A model generated the notes under the pieces. The model worked only from the letters and a program-made list of their open reading frames with translations, had not been told where the DNA came from and did not search any database. This document shows, in pieces, positions 50,817-61,898 of a stretch of 64,000 bases of DNA; positions within the stretch are counted from its first letter, which is position 1, and each line of letters starts with the position of its first letter. This stretch comes from Escherichia coli. Its GTDB lineage: Bacteria > Pseudomonadota > Gammaproteobacteria > Enterobacterales > Enterobacteriaceae. Position numbers and translations under genes: made by a program. Where the stretch lies: assembly GCF_013315695.1 (NCBI RefSeq), contig NZ_CP054353.1; one strand, given 5' to 3'.

Positions 50817-50828
50817 CTTAGGGAAGAT

Positions 50829-52484
50829 TTACTTCTGTAACCACCAGACAGCCTCAAAAGGCCGTAAATTCATGGCACAGGGTTGTGGTGAGGCTTCTTC
50901 GTAGTTATGCATCACAAGCTGCCAGTTGCCGCGCATTTGCCCTGGCTGCCAGGGTTGGATCTCACGGCTAAGGTTGGCAATGACCAGCAAGGTTTGCCCC
51001 TTCCATTCACGGCGATAGCACCACAATACAGGGCTGTTTGGCAGCAGATCCTGGTAATTGCCCCATGTCAGGATGGCTTCTTGCTTACGCAGTGCGATTA
51101 ACTTTTGGTAGGTGTAAAACACCGAGGAGTCATCGGCCAGCGCGGCTTCTACGTTGATTTGTTGATAGTTATCGCCCAGGCCAATCCACGGTTCGCCAGC
51201 CGTAAACCCGGCATTATCGCCGTTGCTCCATTGCATGGGCGTGCGACTGTTGTCACGGGATTTACTGGCGAGGATTGCCAATAACTCGTCGGCATCACGC
51301 CCATCGTTGCGCAGCTCGGCAAACATATTGAGGCTCTCCACGTCGCGATAGTCAGTAATGCGCGTGAAATGCGGGTTGGTCATGCCAATCTCTTCGCCCT
51401 GGTAGATATACGGCGTTCCCTGCATGCCATGCAGCACCATCGCCAGCATTTTTGCCGCAGGCACGCGGTATTCACCTTCATCACCAAAGCGAGAAACAAT
51501 GCGCGGCTGATCGTGGTTACACCAGAACAAGGCATTCCATGCTACGTTGTGCATTCCTTGTTGCCAGTGGCGGAACAATGTTTTCAACGCCACAAAGTCA
51601 GGTTTAGCCAGCGTCCATTTTTCACCACCGGGATAATCGACCTTCAGGTGATGAAAATTAAAGGTCATCGATAATTCACTGCCTGTCAGTGCCGCGTATC
51701 GCTGGCAATGCTCAAGGCTGGTGGAGGACATTTCACCTACGGTCATTAACCCGCGTGGCGTAAACACATCGCGGTTCATCTCGTGCAAAAACTCGTGTGC
51801 TCGTGGCCCGTCGGTGTAGAAGCGACGCCCGTCGCCGTCCAGGTCTTCAGGGAAACGCGGGTCTTTGGAGATCAGATTCACCACATCCAGGCGCAACCCG
51901 TCGACCCCACGATCGGCCCAGAACTCACAGACTTTTTTCAGCTCTGCGCGTACCGCTGGATTCTCCCAGTTGAGATCCGCCTGTTCTGGTGCAAAGAGAT
52001 GCAAATAGTACTGTTCGCTTTCCGCATGCCAGCGCCACGCACTACCGCCAAATTTTGAACGCCAGTTGTTCGGTGGCGTTTCTGGTTCGCCATCGCGCCA
52101 GATATAAAACTGGCGGTAAGGGCTTTCTTTGTTCAGCGCCTCGCGAAACCAGGCATGTTGGGTAGAGGTATGGTTAAACACCATATCGAGAATGATACGA
52201 ATCCCGCGCGATTTTGCCTGCGTCACCAGTTCGTCAAAATCGTCCAGCGTGCCGTAGGTGGGATCAATCGCCGTATAGTTCGCTACATCGTAACCGTTAT
52301 CGACCTGCGGAGAGACATAAAAGGGGGTTAGCCAGATGGCATCAACGCCCAGTTTATGCAGATAGTCCAGGCGTTGGATAACGCCACGTAAATCGCCGGT
52401 GCCGCTACCCGTGGTGTCCTGAAAACTCTTTGGATAAATCTGGTAGATAACGCCGTTTTGCCACCAGTGGGGAAGATTAGTCAT
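50829..52484 (-). CDS. treC: TreC, trehalose-6-phosphate hydrolase
   Basis: 551 aa from MTNLPHWWQNGVIYQIYPKSFQDTTGSGTGDLRGV... (GH13); track extends 49 codons upstream. Confidence 0.9.
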   Translation of the reverse strand: MTNLPHWWQNGVIYQIYPKSFQDTTGSGTGDLRGVIQRLDYLHKLGVDAIWLTPFYVSPQVDNGYDVANYTAIDPTYGTLDDFDELVTQAKSRGIRIILDMVFNHTSTQHAWFREALNKESPYRQFYIWRDGEPETPPNNWRSKFGGSAWRWHAESEQYYLHLFAPEQADLNWENPAVRAELKKVCEFWADRGVDGLRLDVVNLISKDPRFPEDLDGDGRRFYTDGPRAHEFLHEMNRDVFTPRGLMTVGEMSSTSLEHCQRYAALTGSELSMTFNFHHLKVDYPGGEKWTLAKPDFVALKTLFRHWQQGMHNVAWNALFWCNHDQPRIVSRFGDEGEYRVPAAKMLAMVLHGMQGTPYIYQGEEIGMTNPHFTRITDYRDVESLNMFAELRNDGRDADELLAILASKSRDNSRTPMQWSNGDNAGFTAGEPWIGLGDNYQQINVEAALADDSSVFYTYQKLIALRKQEAILTWGNYQDLLPNSPVLWCYRREWKGQTLLVIANLSREIQPWQPGQMRGNWQLVMHNYEEASPQPCAMNLRPFEAVWWLQK

Positions 52485-52533
52485 TACGTTATTCCTGCAA
52501 ATGCGAGGGGGCGCAATTGCGCCCCGAAGAAAA

Positions 52534-53955
52534 TTAAACAATGTCCAGCGTGCCCAGGCGGTATTTCCGCTGATAGATAAACGAGGTGAGTACAATCGGG
52601 ATGATGATGGCGATAGCCATTGCCAGCGCAAACACCTGCCAGTAGCTCGGTTGAATCGAGAGAATTCCCGGCAGGCCGCCTACGCCGATGCCATTCGCCA
52701 TAACGCCGTTCAGGCCACATAGCAATCCTGCCAGACCAGAACCAATCATCGCGCACAGCATCGGGAAGCGATATTTCAGGTTGATGCCGTACATTGCAGG
52801 CTCAGTGACCCCAAGCCAGGCGGAGATAGCGGCAGGAACGGAGATCTCGCGTTCATTGTGCTTGCGGCTGGAAATGATAATGCCTATCACGGCGGAGCCC
52901 TGAGCGATATTCGACAGCGCAATCAGCGGCCACACTGGCGTACCACCCATGCTTTGAATCATCTGCAAATCAATAGCAAGCGTGGTCTGGTGTACCCCGG
53001 TGATCACCAGCGGGGCGTACAGGAAGCCAAACAATGCCGCGCCAATCGGAGCAAAGCTGCCGGTCATCAGGTGACGTACCGCAAAGGCAACGCCATCGCC
53101 AATCATGCGACCAAACGGACCAATCAGCGCATGGGCGAGGAACACCGCGAGGATCAGCGAACAGACGGGCACCACCACCAGATAGAGGTAATCTGGCACG
53201 ATGCGTTTAAGGCGAGTTTCAATAACGCCCAGCGCCAGCCCGGCTAACAGTGCCGGGATCACCTGCGCCTGATAGCCCACTTTGGCGATGCTGAACATGC
53301 CAAAGTCCCACACTTCCGGCAGCTGCTGCCCGAGCAGATAAGCGTTCATCAGCTGGGGGGAAACCAGTGTCACGCCAAGTACGATACCAAGGATCGGCGT
53401 GCCGCCCATTTTTTTCACCGCCGACCAGCAAATCCCGACCGGCAGGTAGAAGAAGATCGCTTCACCGATCAACCACAGAAAATCGTAGATCGTTTGCAGG
53501 GAAGGGTACATTTGCGCCAGCGTTTGACCGTTGCTCATGGGCAAATCGCCGATCACATTGCGAAAACCGAGGATCAAACCGCCGCTAATCAACGCGGGCA
53601 GCAACGGGAAGAAGATCTCCGCGAAATGAGAGATCAACTGCTCATGCCATTTCATATTCTGCCGGGCGGCTTTTTTTACCTGCTCTTTATCAACCTGCGC
53701 CTGTCCGGTTGACGCTATCAGTGCTTGATAGTAATCACCCACGTTGGTGCCAATCACCACCTGAAATTGCCCGGCATTGGTGAAACAGCCTTTCACCATG
53801 GGGAGTTGCTCAATTTCTTTCGGTCTGGCATTGGCCGGTTGGTTGAGGACAAAGCGCAGGCGAGTAATACAGTAGCTCACCGTCGCAATATTGCCGCGCC
53901 CGCCGACCAGTTCAATCAACCGATCGATATCCGTTTGGTTTATTTTGCTCATCAT
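52534..53955 (-). CDS. treB: TreB, trehalose PTS EIIBC
   Basis: 473 aa, N-terminal EIIB (ITRLRFVL cysteine region) and EIIC membrane domain. Confidence 0.9.
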   Translation of the reverse strand: MMSKINQTDIDRLIELVGGRGNIATVSYCITRLRFVLNQPANARPKEIEQLPMVKGCFTNAGQFQVVIGTNVGDYYQALIASTGQAQVDKEQVKKAARQNMKWHEQLISHFAEIFFPLLPALISGGLILGFRNVIGDLPMSNGQTLAQMYPSLQTIYDFLWLIGEAIFFYLPVGICWSAVKKMGGTPILGIVLGVTLVSPQLMNAYLLGQQLPEVWDFGMFSIAKVGYQAQVIPALLAGLALGVIETRLKRIVPDYLYLVVVPVCSLILAVFLAHALIGPFGRMIGDGVAFAVRHLMTGSFAPIGAALFGFLYAPLVITGVHQTTLAIDLQMIQSMGGTPVWPLIALSNIAQGSAVIGIIISSRKHNEREISVPAAISAWLGVTEPAMYGINLKYRFPMLCAMIGSGLAGLLCGLNGVMANGIGVGGLPGILSIQPSYWQVFALAMAIAIIIPIVLTSFIYQRKYRLGTLDIV

Positions 53956-54073
53956 AAAGCCCCATGGCAGATGACATTTTTGGTTGGCTGCAGAATATAT
54001 TGCGCGGAAAAATTTAAAAACGGGAACGTTCCCGAAACGCAGCGAAGATCACAATTTATCGTTCAGGAAACGA

Positions 54074-55021
54074 TCAGGACAGGGTGGCGGGGATGATGAT
54101 TTGTTGCGGTTCGCTGCGTCCGGTTACCTGCGCGATCAACTGGTAGGCCGCCTGGCGTCCAGCTTCGGCGTAACCAGGATCTACGGTGACGATCTCCGGA
54201 TGAAGGAATTTCATTAATGGCGTATTACCGACGCTCGCCAGTTGCAAGGTGTCGATGCGTTGCTCTTGCAGGTATTTACTTGCGCCAAGTGCCAGCGTGT
54301 CGGTTGCGCACAGTAAGGCGGTAGTTTCAGGCGTAATCACTTTTACTACGTTCTCATAGCCTTGCTTCATAGCAAGGCCTGGCAGGGCGGCAACGGGATG
54401 CAGTTTATGCGCTTTGCAGAACGCCAGGTAGGCTTCGTGACGTCGCTTCCCGGTCGTCACGTCACTATGCGGCACGCCGAGATAACTGATATTGCGATGC
54501 CCCTGGTCATACAGCCGTTGCATCAGGATCTTGATTGCCCCTTCGTCGTCATAACAGACCGAAGCAAAGCCTTTTGCGTCACGCGCCAGCAGAACCAGCG
54601 ATGACTGCCAGTGGGCTAACATTTCTTCTGTTATGCCGGTAAAACCGAACAGCACTACGCCGTCGATATTACGCCGTTTCAGCACCCCCAAATGTTCGGC
54701 AACTAATTGCGGGGAAAACTGACTTTCCATCATGATTGGATCGTAACCTTGTTCATAGAACGCTGGCAGCATGGTTTGAACGGCGAGATTTTCTGACAAC
54801 GAATCCAGACGGGTGACAATGATGGCGACCACTTTATCGCTTTGCCCACGCATAGCGCGTGCAGAACGGGAAGGGGAAAATCCATGCTGATTCATCACTG
54901 CTTCAACACGCTCGCGCGTGCGCTGGCTCACGCCGCTTTCGTTATTCAGCACCCGGGAAACCGTAGATTTCCCCACGCCGCTTAAGCGCGCGATGTCTTT
55001 GATGGTCAGCCGATTTTGCAT
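54074..55021 (-). CDS. treR: TreR, LacI-family trehalose repressor
   Basis: 315 aa, MQNRLTIKDIARLSGVGKSTVSRVLNNES... HTH. Confidence 0.9.
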   Translation of the reverse strand: MQNRLTIKDIARLSGVGKSTVSRVLNNESGVSQRTRERVEAVMNQHGFSPSRSARAMRGQSDKVVAIIVTRLDSLSENLAVQTMLPAFYEQGYDPIMMESQFSPQLVAEHLGVLKRRNIDGVVLFGFTGITEEMLAHWQSSLVLLARDAKGFASVCYDDEGAIKILMQRLYDQGHRNISYLGVPHSDVTTGKRRHEAYLAFCKAHKLHPVAALPGLAMKQGYENVVKVITPETTALLCATDTLALGASKYLQEQRIDTLQLASVGNTPLMKFLHPEIVTVDPGYAEAGRQAAYQLIAQVTGRSEPQQIIIPATLS

Positions 55022-55095
55022 CCTGTTGTCCCGTAACGTGTTGTTTAATTATTTGAGGCTAACTTTACCCGTGCATTCAGCAATGGGTAAAGTCT

Positions 55096-55112
55096 GGTTT
55101 ATCGTTGGTTTA
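55096..55112 (+). promoter_or_regulatory. PhoP box of the mgtA promoter
   Basis: Direct repeat GGTTTA-tcgtt-GGTTTA upstream of the mgtL leader. Confidence 0.75.
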
Positions 55113-55205
55113 GTTGCCAGCAGGTATTATATCGCCATAAATGCTACGAATATTATTGGATTCTCCTTATTATTTGCGGCGCTTTTTTCACTTACCGGAG
55201 GTTAT

Positions 55206-55259
55206 ATGGAACCTGATCCCACGCCTCTCCCTCGACGGAGATTAAAACTTTTCCGGTAA
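55206..55259 (+). CDS. mgtL: MgtL, proline-rich leader peptide of the mgtA leader
   Basis: 17 aa [17 protein letters not shown] inside the long mgtA 5' leader (55113-55399). Confidence 0.8.
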
Positions 55260-55399
55260 GCCCGTCTTTTCACGGCGTTACCGGATGCGTAAGGCCGTGA
55301 CGTTTTAACGTCCCTGCTCAGCTTTATTACCTTCAGGTAAGGCTTCGCCACGCCTGAAGACATTTCTGTACTGTTTCAGACAGTGCGGAGGGACTCCTT

Positions 55400-58096
55400 A
55401 TGTTTAAAGAAATTTTTACCCGGCTCACTCGCCATTTACCTTCCCGTCTGGTTCATCGTGATCCATTGCCTGGCGTGCAGCAGACAGTGAATACGGTGGT
55501 CCCGCCGTCCTTAAGTGCGCAATGCCTGAAAATGGCGGTGATGCCCGAAGAAGAATTGTGGAAAACGTTCGACACCCATCCGGAAGGGTTACATCAGGCG
55601 GAAGTGGAATCTGCCCGCGAACAACATGGTGAAAATAAATTACCCGCACAACAACCGTCGCCGTGGTGGGTACATTTATGGGTCTGCTATCGCAACCCCT
55701 TTAATATTTTACTCACCATTCTCGGCGCTATTTCTTACGCCACGGAAGATTTATTTGCCGCGGGCGTTATCGCGCTAATGGTCGCTATTTCAACGTTGCT
55801 GAACTTTATTCAGGAAGCACGTTCCACTAAAGCGGCAGATGCCCTGAAAGCGATGGTCAGCAATACCGCGACGGTGCTGCGCGTAATTAACGACAAAGGC
55901 GAAAATGGCTGGCTGGAGATCCCGATCGACCAGCTGGTGCCCGGCGATATTATAAAACTGGCGGCGGGAGATATGATCCCGGCAGATTTACGTATCTTGC
56001 AGGCGCGGGATCTGTTCGTCGCTCAGGCGTCGTTAACCGGTGAGTCTCTGCCCGTGGAAAAAGCCGCTACCACTCGCCAGCCGGAGCACAGCAATCCGCT
56101 GGAGTGCGACACGCTGTGTTTTATGGGCACCACCGTGGTGAGCGGCACGGCACAAGCAATGGTGATTGCTACAGGTGCCAATACCTGGTTTGGTCAACTG
56201 GCGGGGCGTGTTAGTGAGCAGGAAAGCGAGCCGAATGCCTTTCAGCAAGGGATCAGCCGCGTCAGTATGCTGCTGATTCGCTTTATGCTGGTGATGGCAC
56301 CGGTGGTGCTGTTAATCAATGGCTACACCAAAGGCGACTGGTGGGAAGCGGCGCTGTTTGCGCTTTCGGTCGCGGTAGGCCTAACGCCGGAAATGTTGCC
56401 GATGATTGTTACCTCGACGCTGGCGCGCGGCGCAGTAAAGCTGTCGAAACAGAAAGTGATCGTCAAACATCTGGATGCTATTCAGAACTTTGGCGCAATG
56501 GATATTCTGTGCACTGATAAAACCGGCACCCTGACACAGGATAAAATTGTGCTGGAGAATCATACCGATATCTCCGGTAAAACCAGCGAACGCGTGCTGC
56601 ATAGCGCGTGGTTGAACAGTCATTACCAGACCGGGCTTAAAAACCTGCTCGATACAGCGGTGCTCGAAGGTACGGATGAAGAGTCAGCGCGCTCGCTGGC
56701 CAGTCGTTGGCAAAAAATCGATGAGATTCCGTTTGATTTCGAGCGTCGCCGGATGTCGGTGGTAGTGGCAGAAAATACCGAGCACCATCAGCTGGTTTGC
56801 AAAGGTGCATTGCAGGAAATCCTCAATGTGTGTTCGCAGGTGCGTCACAATGGCGAGATTGTGCCGCTCGATGACATCATGCTGCGTAAGATTAAGCGGG
56901 TTACTGATACGCTGAATCGTCAGGGGCTGCGCGTGGTTGCGGTGGCGACGAAATACCTGCCAGCGCGTGAAGGAGATTACCAGCGGGCGGATGAATCCGA
57001 CCTGATCCTCGAAGGATATATTGCTTTCCTTGATCCGCCAAAAGAGACAACCGCTCCGGCACTGAAGGCATTAAAAGCGAGTGGAATTACCGTAAAAATC
57101 CTTACTGGCGACAGTGAGTTAGTTGCAGCGAAAGTGTGCCATGAAGTGGGGCTGGACGCGGGAGAGGTGGTCATTGGTAGTGATATTGAAACGCTATCTG
57201 ACGACGAACTGGCAAATCTTGCACAGCGCACCACGCTGTTTGCCCGCCTGACGCCGATGCATAAAGAACGCATTGTGACCTTACTGAAGCGCGAAGGGCA
57301 TGTGGTTGGCTTTATGGGCGATGGTATTAATGATGCGCCCGCCTTACGCGCTGCGGATATCGGCATTTCTGTGGACGGCGCGGTAGATATTGCCCGTGAA
57401 GCGGCTGATATCATCCTGCTGGAAAAAAGCCTGATGGTGCTGGAAGAGGGGGTTATTGAGGGACGTCGCACTTTCGCCAACATGCTGAAATACATCAAAA
57501 TGACGGCGAGTTCTAACTTCGGTAATGTGTTCAGCGTGCTGGTGGCGAGTGCTTTCTTGCCCTTCCTGCCGATGTTGCCGTTACATTTGCTTATTCAGAA
57601 CCTGCTGTACGATGTGTCACAGGTGGCGATCCCGTTTGATAACGTCGACGACGAGCAAATTCAAAAGCCGCAGCGTTGGAATCCGGCGGATCTGGGGCGC
57701 TTTATGATCTTCTTCGGACCGATCAGCTCGATCTTCGATATTCTGACGTTTTGCCTGATGTGGTGGGTATTCCATGCCAACACGCCGGAAACACAAACGC
57801 TGTTCCAGTCGGGATGGTTTGTGGTGGGCTTACTGTCGCAAACGCTGATTGTGCATATGATCCGCACCCGCCGTGTGCCGTTTATTCAGAGCTGTGCATC
57901 GTGGCCGTTAATGATCATGACCGTGATCGTGATGATTGTCGGGATCGCATTGCCGTTTTCACCGCTGGCCAGTTATCTGCAATTACAGGCGCTGCCGTTA
58001 AGCTATTTCCCGTGGCTGGTTGCGATTCTGGCAGGGTATATGACATTAACCCAGTTGGTGAAAGGGTTCTATAGCCGTCGTTACGGCTGGCAGTAA
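55400..58096 (+). CDS. mgtA: MgtA, Mg2+-importing P-type ATPase
   Basis: 898 aa, DKTGTLT phosphorylation motif, GDGINDAPAL hinge. Confidence 0.95.
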   Translation: MFKEIFTRLTRHLPSRLVHRDPLPGVQQTVNTVVPPSLSAQCLKMAVMPEEELWKTFDTHPEGLHQAEVESAREQHGENKLPAQQPSPWWVHLWVCYRNPFNILLTILGAISYATEDLFAAGVIALMVAISTLLNFIQEARSTKAADALKAMVSNTATVLRVINDKGENGWLEIPIDQLVPGDIIKLAAGDMIPADLRILQARDLFVAQASLTGESLPVEKAATTRQPEHSNPLECDTLCFMGTTVVSGTAQAMVIATGANTWFGQLAGRVSEQESEPNAFQQGISRVSMLLIRFMLVMAPVVLLINGYTKGDWWEAALFALSVAVGLTPEMLPMIVTSTLARGAVKLSKQKVIVKHLDAIQNFGAMDILCTDKTGTLTQDKIVLENHTDISGKTSERVLHSAWLNSHYQTGLKNLLDTAVLEGTDEESARSLASRWQKIDEIPFDFERRRMSVVVAENTEHHQLVCKGALQEILNVCSQVRHNGEIVPLDDIMLRKIKRVTDTLNRQGLRVVAVATKYLPAREGDYQRADESDLILEGYIAFLDPPKETTAPALKALKASGITVKILTGDSELVAAKVCHEVGLDAGEVVIGSDIETLSDDELANLAQRTTLFARLTPMHKERIVTLLKREGHVVGFMGDGINDAPALRAADIGISVDGAVDIAREAADIILLEKSLMVLEEGVIEGRRTFANMLKYIKMTASSNFGNVFSVLVASAFLPFLPMLPLHLLIQNLLYDVSQVAIPFDNVDDEQIQKPQRWNPADLGRFMIFFGPISSIFDILTFCLMWWVFHANTPETQTLFQSGWFVVGLLSQTLIVHMIRTRRVPFIQSCASWPLMIMTVIVMIVGIALPFSPLASYLQLQALPLSYFPWLVAILAGYMTLTQLVKGFYSRRYGWQ

Positions 58097-58154
58097 AGAA
58101 TAAACTGGGCATGGTGGCCCGGATTCAGATTGCAGACAAAGTGAGTTTTGTTCA

Positions 58155-58250
58155 TGCCGGATGCGGCGTAAACGCCTAATCCGGTCTACAAATTCAATAA
58201 ATTGCAGGAATCACGTAGGCCTGATAAGCGTAGCGCATCAGGCGATTTTG
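58155..58250. repeat. REP-type repeats
   Basis: gccggatgcggcgtaaacgcctaatccgg and aggcctgataagcgtagcgcatcaggc after mgtA. Confidence 0.6.
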
Positions 58251-58301
58251 CGTTTGTCATCAGACTTAATCCGGGCATGATAGCCCGGATTTCCATCAAG
58301 A

Positions 58302-58688
58302 TTAGCGACGAACAGCGATCGCTTCGATCTCAATCTTCACGTCTTTCGGCAGACGGGCAACTTCAACGCAAGAACGTGCCGGGAAGGTGGCGTTGTGTTC
58401 GGTGAAGAAGGCTTCGTAGGTAGCATTAACGGTTGCGAAGTCGTTCAGATCTTTTACAAACACGGTAGTTTTAACGATGTCGCCCACTTTCAGACCAGCG
58501 GCTTCGACGATCGCTTTTACGTTATCCAGCGACTGACGTGCCTGTGCAGCGACGTCTGCCGGTACTTCGCCCGTTTTCGGATTTACCGGGATCTGACCGG
58601 AGGTGATGATCATATTGCCCAGATCAACGCCCTGTACGTAAGGGCCGATAGCTGCCGGTGCATTTTCCGTCGCGATAGTTTTGCTCAT
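58302..58688 (-). CDS. ridA: RidA (YjgF), enamine/imine deaminase
   Basis: 128 aa from ATG 58688, MSKTIATENAPAAIGPYVQGVDLGNMIITSGQIP... Confidence 0.95.
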   Translation of the reverse strand: MSKTIATENAPAAIGPYVQGVDLGNMIITSGQIPVNPKTGEVPADVAAQARQSLDNVKAIVEAAGLKVGDIVKTTVFVKDLNDFATVNATYEAFFTEHNATFPARSCVEVARLPKDVKIEIEAIAVRR

Positions 58689-58760
58689 GATTTCTCCTTT
58701 ATTACAGCGGTAAAAAGTCTGGCTCATTATAGGGAGCCAGACTTTTATTACCAACCGCAA

Positions 58761-59222
58761 TTAATTGGCCAGCACCACATTATGAGAAAACTCTTTTTCA
58801 CAGTATTTGCATTTGAGCGCGATGTCATTGGCGCGTTTTCGCACGGCAAAGCTGGAAGAAACCGGTTCGGCATGGCTGATACAGTTGCTGTTCGGGCAGA
58901 CCAGCACATTGTCGATGCGCTCCGGCAGACTTGGGCGCGATTTACCCACCACTTCATAGTTGTCGATACGGTTAACCGTGGCTTGCGGCGCATACAATGC
59001 CAGTTGATCTACTTGATCTTCACTCAAAAAGGTATTTTCGATTTTGATCAGATCTTTGCGGCCCATCTCGCCAGAAGGCAGGTTCAGACCGATGGTGATG
59101 CGCTGATCCGTTTCGGTCAGCTTGAACAGACTCAACAGCTTAAAACCGATCTGGGCGGGGATATGGTCAATTACCGTGCCGCGTTTAATAGCTTCAACCT
59201 GCAATTTATTATCGTGTGTCAT
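58761..59222 (-). CDS. pyrI: Aspartate carbamoyltransferase regulatory chain
   Basis: 153 aa, [24 protein letters not shown]..., C-terminal zinc cysteines CPNSNC...CKYC. Confidence 0.95.
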
Positions 59223-59234
59223 CTCTATTTCCCC

Positions 59235-60170
59235 TTACAGTACCAGATCGCGATTCAGAACCAGTGCCAGTAACGCCTGGCGAGCGAAAATCCCGTTGCC
59301 TGCCTGCTGGAAGTACCAGGCGTGTGGCGTTTTATCAACATCCGTCGCAATCTCATCAACACGCGGCAGCGGATGCAGCACTTTCATATTGGCTTTGGCG
59401 TTGTGGAGATCGCTGGCGCGAAGAACAAACTGCGCTTTCACGTTGGCGTACTCGGACGGGTCCAGACGCTCTTTTTGCACGCGGGTCATGTACAGGATGT
59501 CAACTTCCGCCATCACTTCTTCAATAGAGCTGTGCAGACTCCATGCGATCCCTTTTTCATCGAGCATATCCAGAATGTATTGCGGCATTGCCAGCGCGTC
59601 CGGCGCGATGAAGTAAAAACGGTTGCCGTCGAACTTCGCTAACGCCTGAGTCAGGGAGTGAACGGTGCGGCCATATTTCAGGTCACCAACCATTGCGACG
59701 TGGAGATTGTCCAGACGCCCCTGGGTTTCCTGAATAGTGAATAAGTCCAGCAAGGTTTGCGTCGGATGTTGGTTGGAGCCATCACCGGCATTCAGTACCG
59801 GTACATTGCCGGAAAACTCGGTGGCCAGGCGCGCCGCACCTTCCTGCGGATGACGCATCACTATCGCATCGACGTAAGTGCTGATAACCGAAATGGTATC
59901 GGCCAGCGTTTCGCCCTTTTTACCCAGTGATGTATTGGCGCTGTCGGAAAAGCCCACCACGCTGGCACCCAGGCGGTGCATGGAAGTTTCGAAAGAGAGG
60001 CGGGTACGGGTAGAGGCTTCGAAGAAACAGCTGGCAATGACTTTGTGCTTCAACAGCTCTGGTTGCGGGTTTGCTTTCAGTTTCGCCGCTGTCGCCAGCA
60101 CCAGATTAAGGTCATCGCGACTAAGGTCGTTTATGGAAATGATATGTTTCTGATATAGCGGATTAGCCAT
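59235..60170 (-). CDS. pyrB: Aspartate carbamoyltransferase catalytic chain
   Basis: 311 aa, [21 protein letters not shown]..., STRTR and HPTQ motifs. Confidence 0.95.
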
Positions 60171-60173
60171 CTT

Positions 60174-60308
60174 TTATCTCCTGACGCCTGGGCAAAAAAA
60201 AGCCCCTCGATTGAGGGGCTGGGAATGGGTGATCAACGGGAAGAAAAACGGCAGGCCAGCGTCTTTTTTCAGACGCGGTAAGACAAAATGTCGAACACAC
60301 TGAACCAT
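60174..60308 (-). CDS. pyrL: pyrBI leader peptide
   Basis: 44 aa MVQCVRHFVLPRLKKDAGLPFFFPLITHSQPLNRGAFFCPGVRR just upstream of pyrB. Confidence 0.85.
   Translation of the reverse strand: MVQCVRHFVLPRLKKDAGLPFFFPLITHSQPLNRGAFFCPGVRR
60193..60222 (-). terminator. pyrBI attenuator
   Basis: On the minus strand agcccctcaatcgaggggct hairpin followed by tttttttt, inside the pyrL 3' end. Confidence 0.85.
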
Positions 60309-60588
60309 ACTTCCTCCCGGCAAATTGTCCGGCATTATACTCATCGTCAGAAGCGGTGCAAGCATTTGATGCGATATTTTGTCAGCGCAAACGGTTTATT
60401 TGAATTTAAAGTCAAAATATATGCATTTTTATTTACTGTGATTCTGGAGGGGAACTGTCGTTCGGTATCAATAATTGCAGACATTTCCTGCTTTTTTCTT
60501 TTTCACTTTCACGCAATCAGATATGCATTTTATTCCATTCATCCGACTTATAGGGCGGAGTGTGAAAACGAACGGCTAACACTATTGC

Positions 60589-60984
60589 TTACAGCTCAGG
60601 GATGCGCGCTATCACTTTAATTTCAAAATCAAAGCCTGCCAGCCATATAACGCCCACCGCCGTCCAGGTTGGATAAGGTGGCGCGCTAAATATTTCATTT
60701 TTCACCGTCATGATGTCTTCAAATTGTTTTTCTGGATCGGTATGAAAGCTCGTAACATCAATGATATCGTCAAAAGTGCATCCCGCAGCTGCCAGGGTCG
60801 CATGCAAATTATCAAATGCCAGTCTGACTTGTTGCTGAAAATCGGGTTCTGGTGTTCCGTCCTCTCGACTTCCTACTTGCCCGGAAACAAACAGCAAAGC
60901 GCCGGAACGAATAGCCGCAGAATAACGATGTTCAGCATACAGTGAATGTCGGCCAGCAGGGAAAACAGCGGTTCTTTCTACCAT
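60589..60984 (-). CDS. yjgH: YjgH, RidA/YjgF-family protein
   Basis: 131 aa, MVERTAVFPAGRHSLYAEHRYSAAIRSGALLFVSGQVG... Confidence 0.85.
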   Translation of the reverse strand: MVERTAVFPAGRHSLYAEHRYSAAIRSGALLFVSGQVGSREDGTPEPDFQQQVRLAFDNLHATLAAAGCTFDDIIDVTSFHTDPEKQFEDIMTVKNEIFSAPPYPTWTAVGVIWLAGFDFEIKVIARIPEL

Positions 60985-61114
60985 TTGGTTATCCTCAAGA
61001 TTTACGACATGAACAGAAGATTTATATTTACCAGGAGCCGCTTTTAGCGGACGACGTGAGTAAACAAAACCCAGACATCATGGGAAATGGCTGGGCTTAA
61101 TTGAGCGTAGTCGG

Positions 61115-61828
61115 TTATGCGCCAAACGCGCCATCAATGGTATGCATCGCGCCGGTAACAAAACTGGCTTCTGGCCCTGCTAACCATGCGACCATACCAG
61201 CGACCTCTTCCGGTTGCCCATGTCTTTTGATAGCCATAAAACTATGCAACATATCGCGCATTGGCCCTTTGGCGGGATTAGCGTCGGTATCAATTGGCCC
61301 TGGCTGGACGACGTTGATGGTGATCCCACGCGGTCCAAAATCACGGGCCAGCCCGCGCGCCATGCCTTGCAGGGCAGATTTACTGGCGGCATAAGCAGCC
61401 ATGCCTGCAACAGGCATACGATCGCCATTCACGGAGCCGATGATTAAGATGCGCCCGCCTTCGGGCATCTGCCGGGCGGCTTCAACAGAGGCATGATAAG
61501 GAGCATGAATATTGATTTTGAAAAGGCGATCAATATCGTCGGCATTCAATTCCAGGGCATCGCCAAAGACGCCAATACCTGCATTTACCACCAGGATATC
61601 CAATGCGCCGCTCTTACGAACGACATCAATGACAGCGTCTCTGTCAGCACTATCTGTGAATACTGCTGTCGCTCCAGTCTCTTGTGCCAGGCGTTCAGCG
61701 GCATCTTTCGACCCCGCATAGGTGAATCGTACATTGGCCCCATCGGTGACGAAACGACGTACGATAGCGGCACCGATTCCACGGCTACCACCGAGGATGA
61801 GAACTGTCTTACCTGTAAAAGCGCCCAT
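61115..61828 (-). CDS. bdcA: BdcA (YjgI), short-chain dehydrogenase/reductase
   Basis: 237 aa from ATG 61828, MGAFTGKTVLILGGSRGIGAAIVRRF (TGxxxGxG), divergent from bdcR. Confidence 0.85.
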   Translation of the reverse strand: MGAFTGKTVLILGGSRGIGAAIVRRFVTDGANVRFTYAGSKDAAERLAQETGATAVFTDSADRDAVIDVVRKSGALDILVVNAGIGVFGDALELNADDIDRLFKINIHAPYHASVEAARQMPEGGRILIIGSVNGDRMPVAGMAAYAASKSALQGMARGLARDFGPRGITINVVQPGPIDTDANPAKGPMRDMLHSFMAIKRHGQPEEVAGMVAWLAGPEASFVTGAMHTIDGAFGA

Positions 61829-61898
61829 AAGGACTCCTTGATTTATTATGTAACATGCATTACAAAACTGTTTTAACTTTCTGTCAACAAGTTTTGTA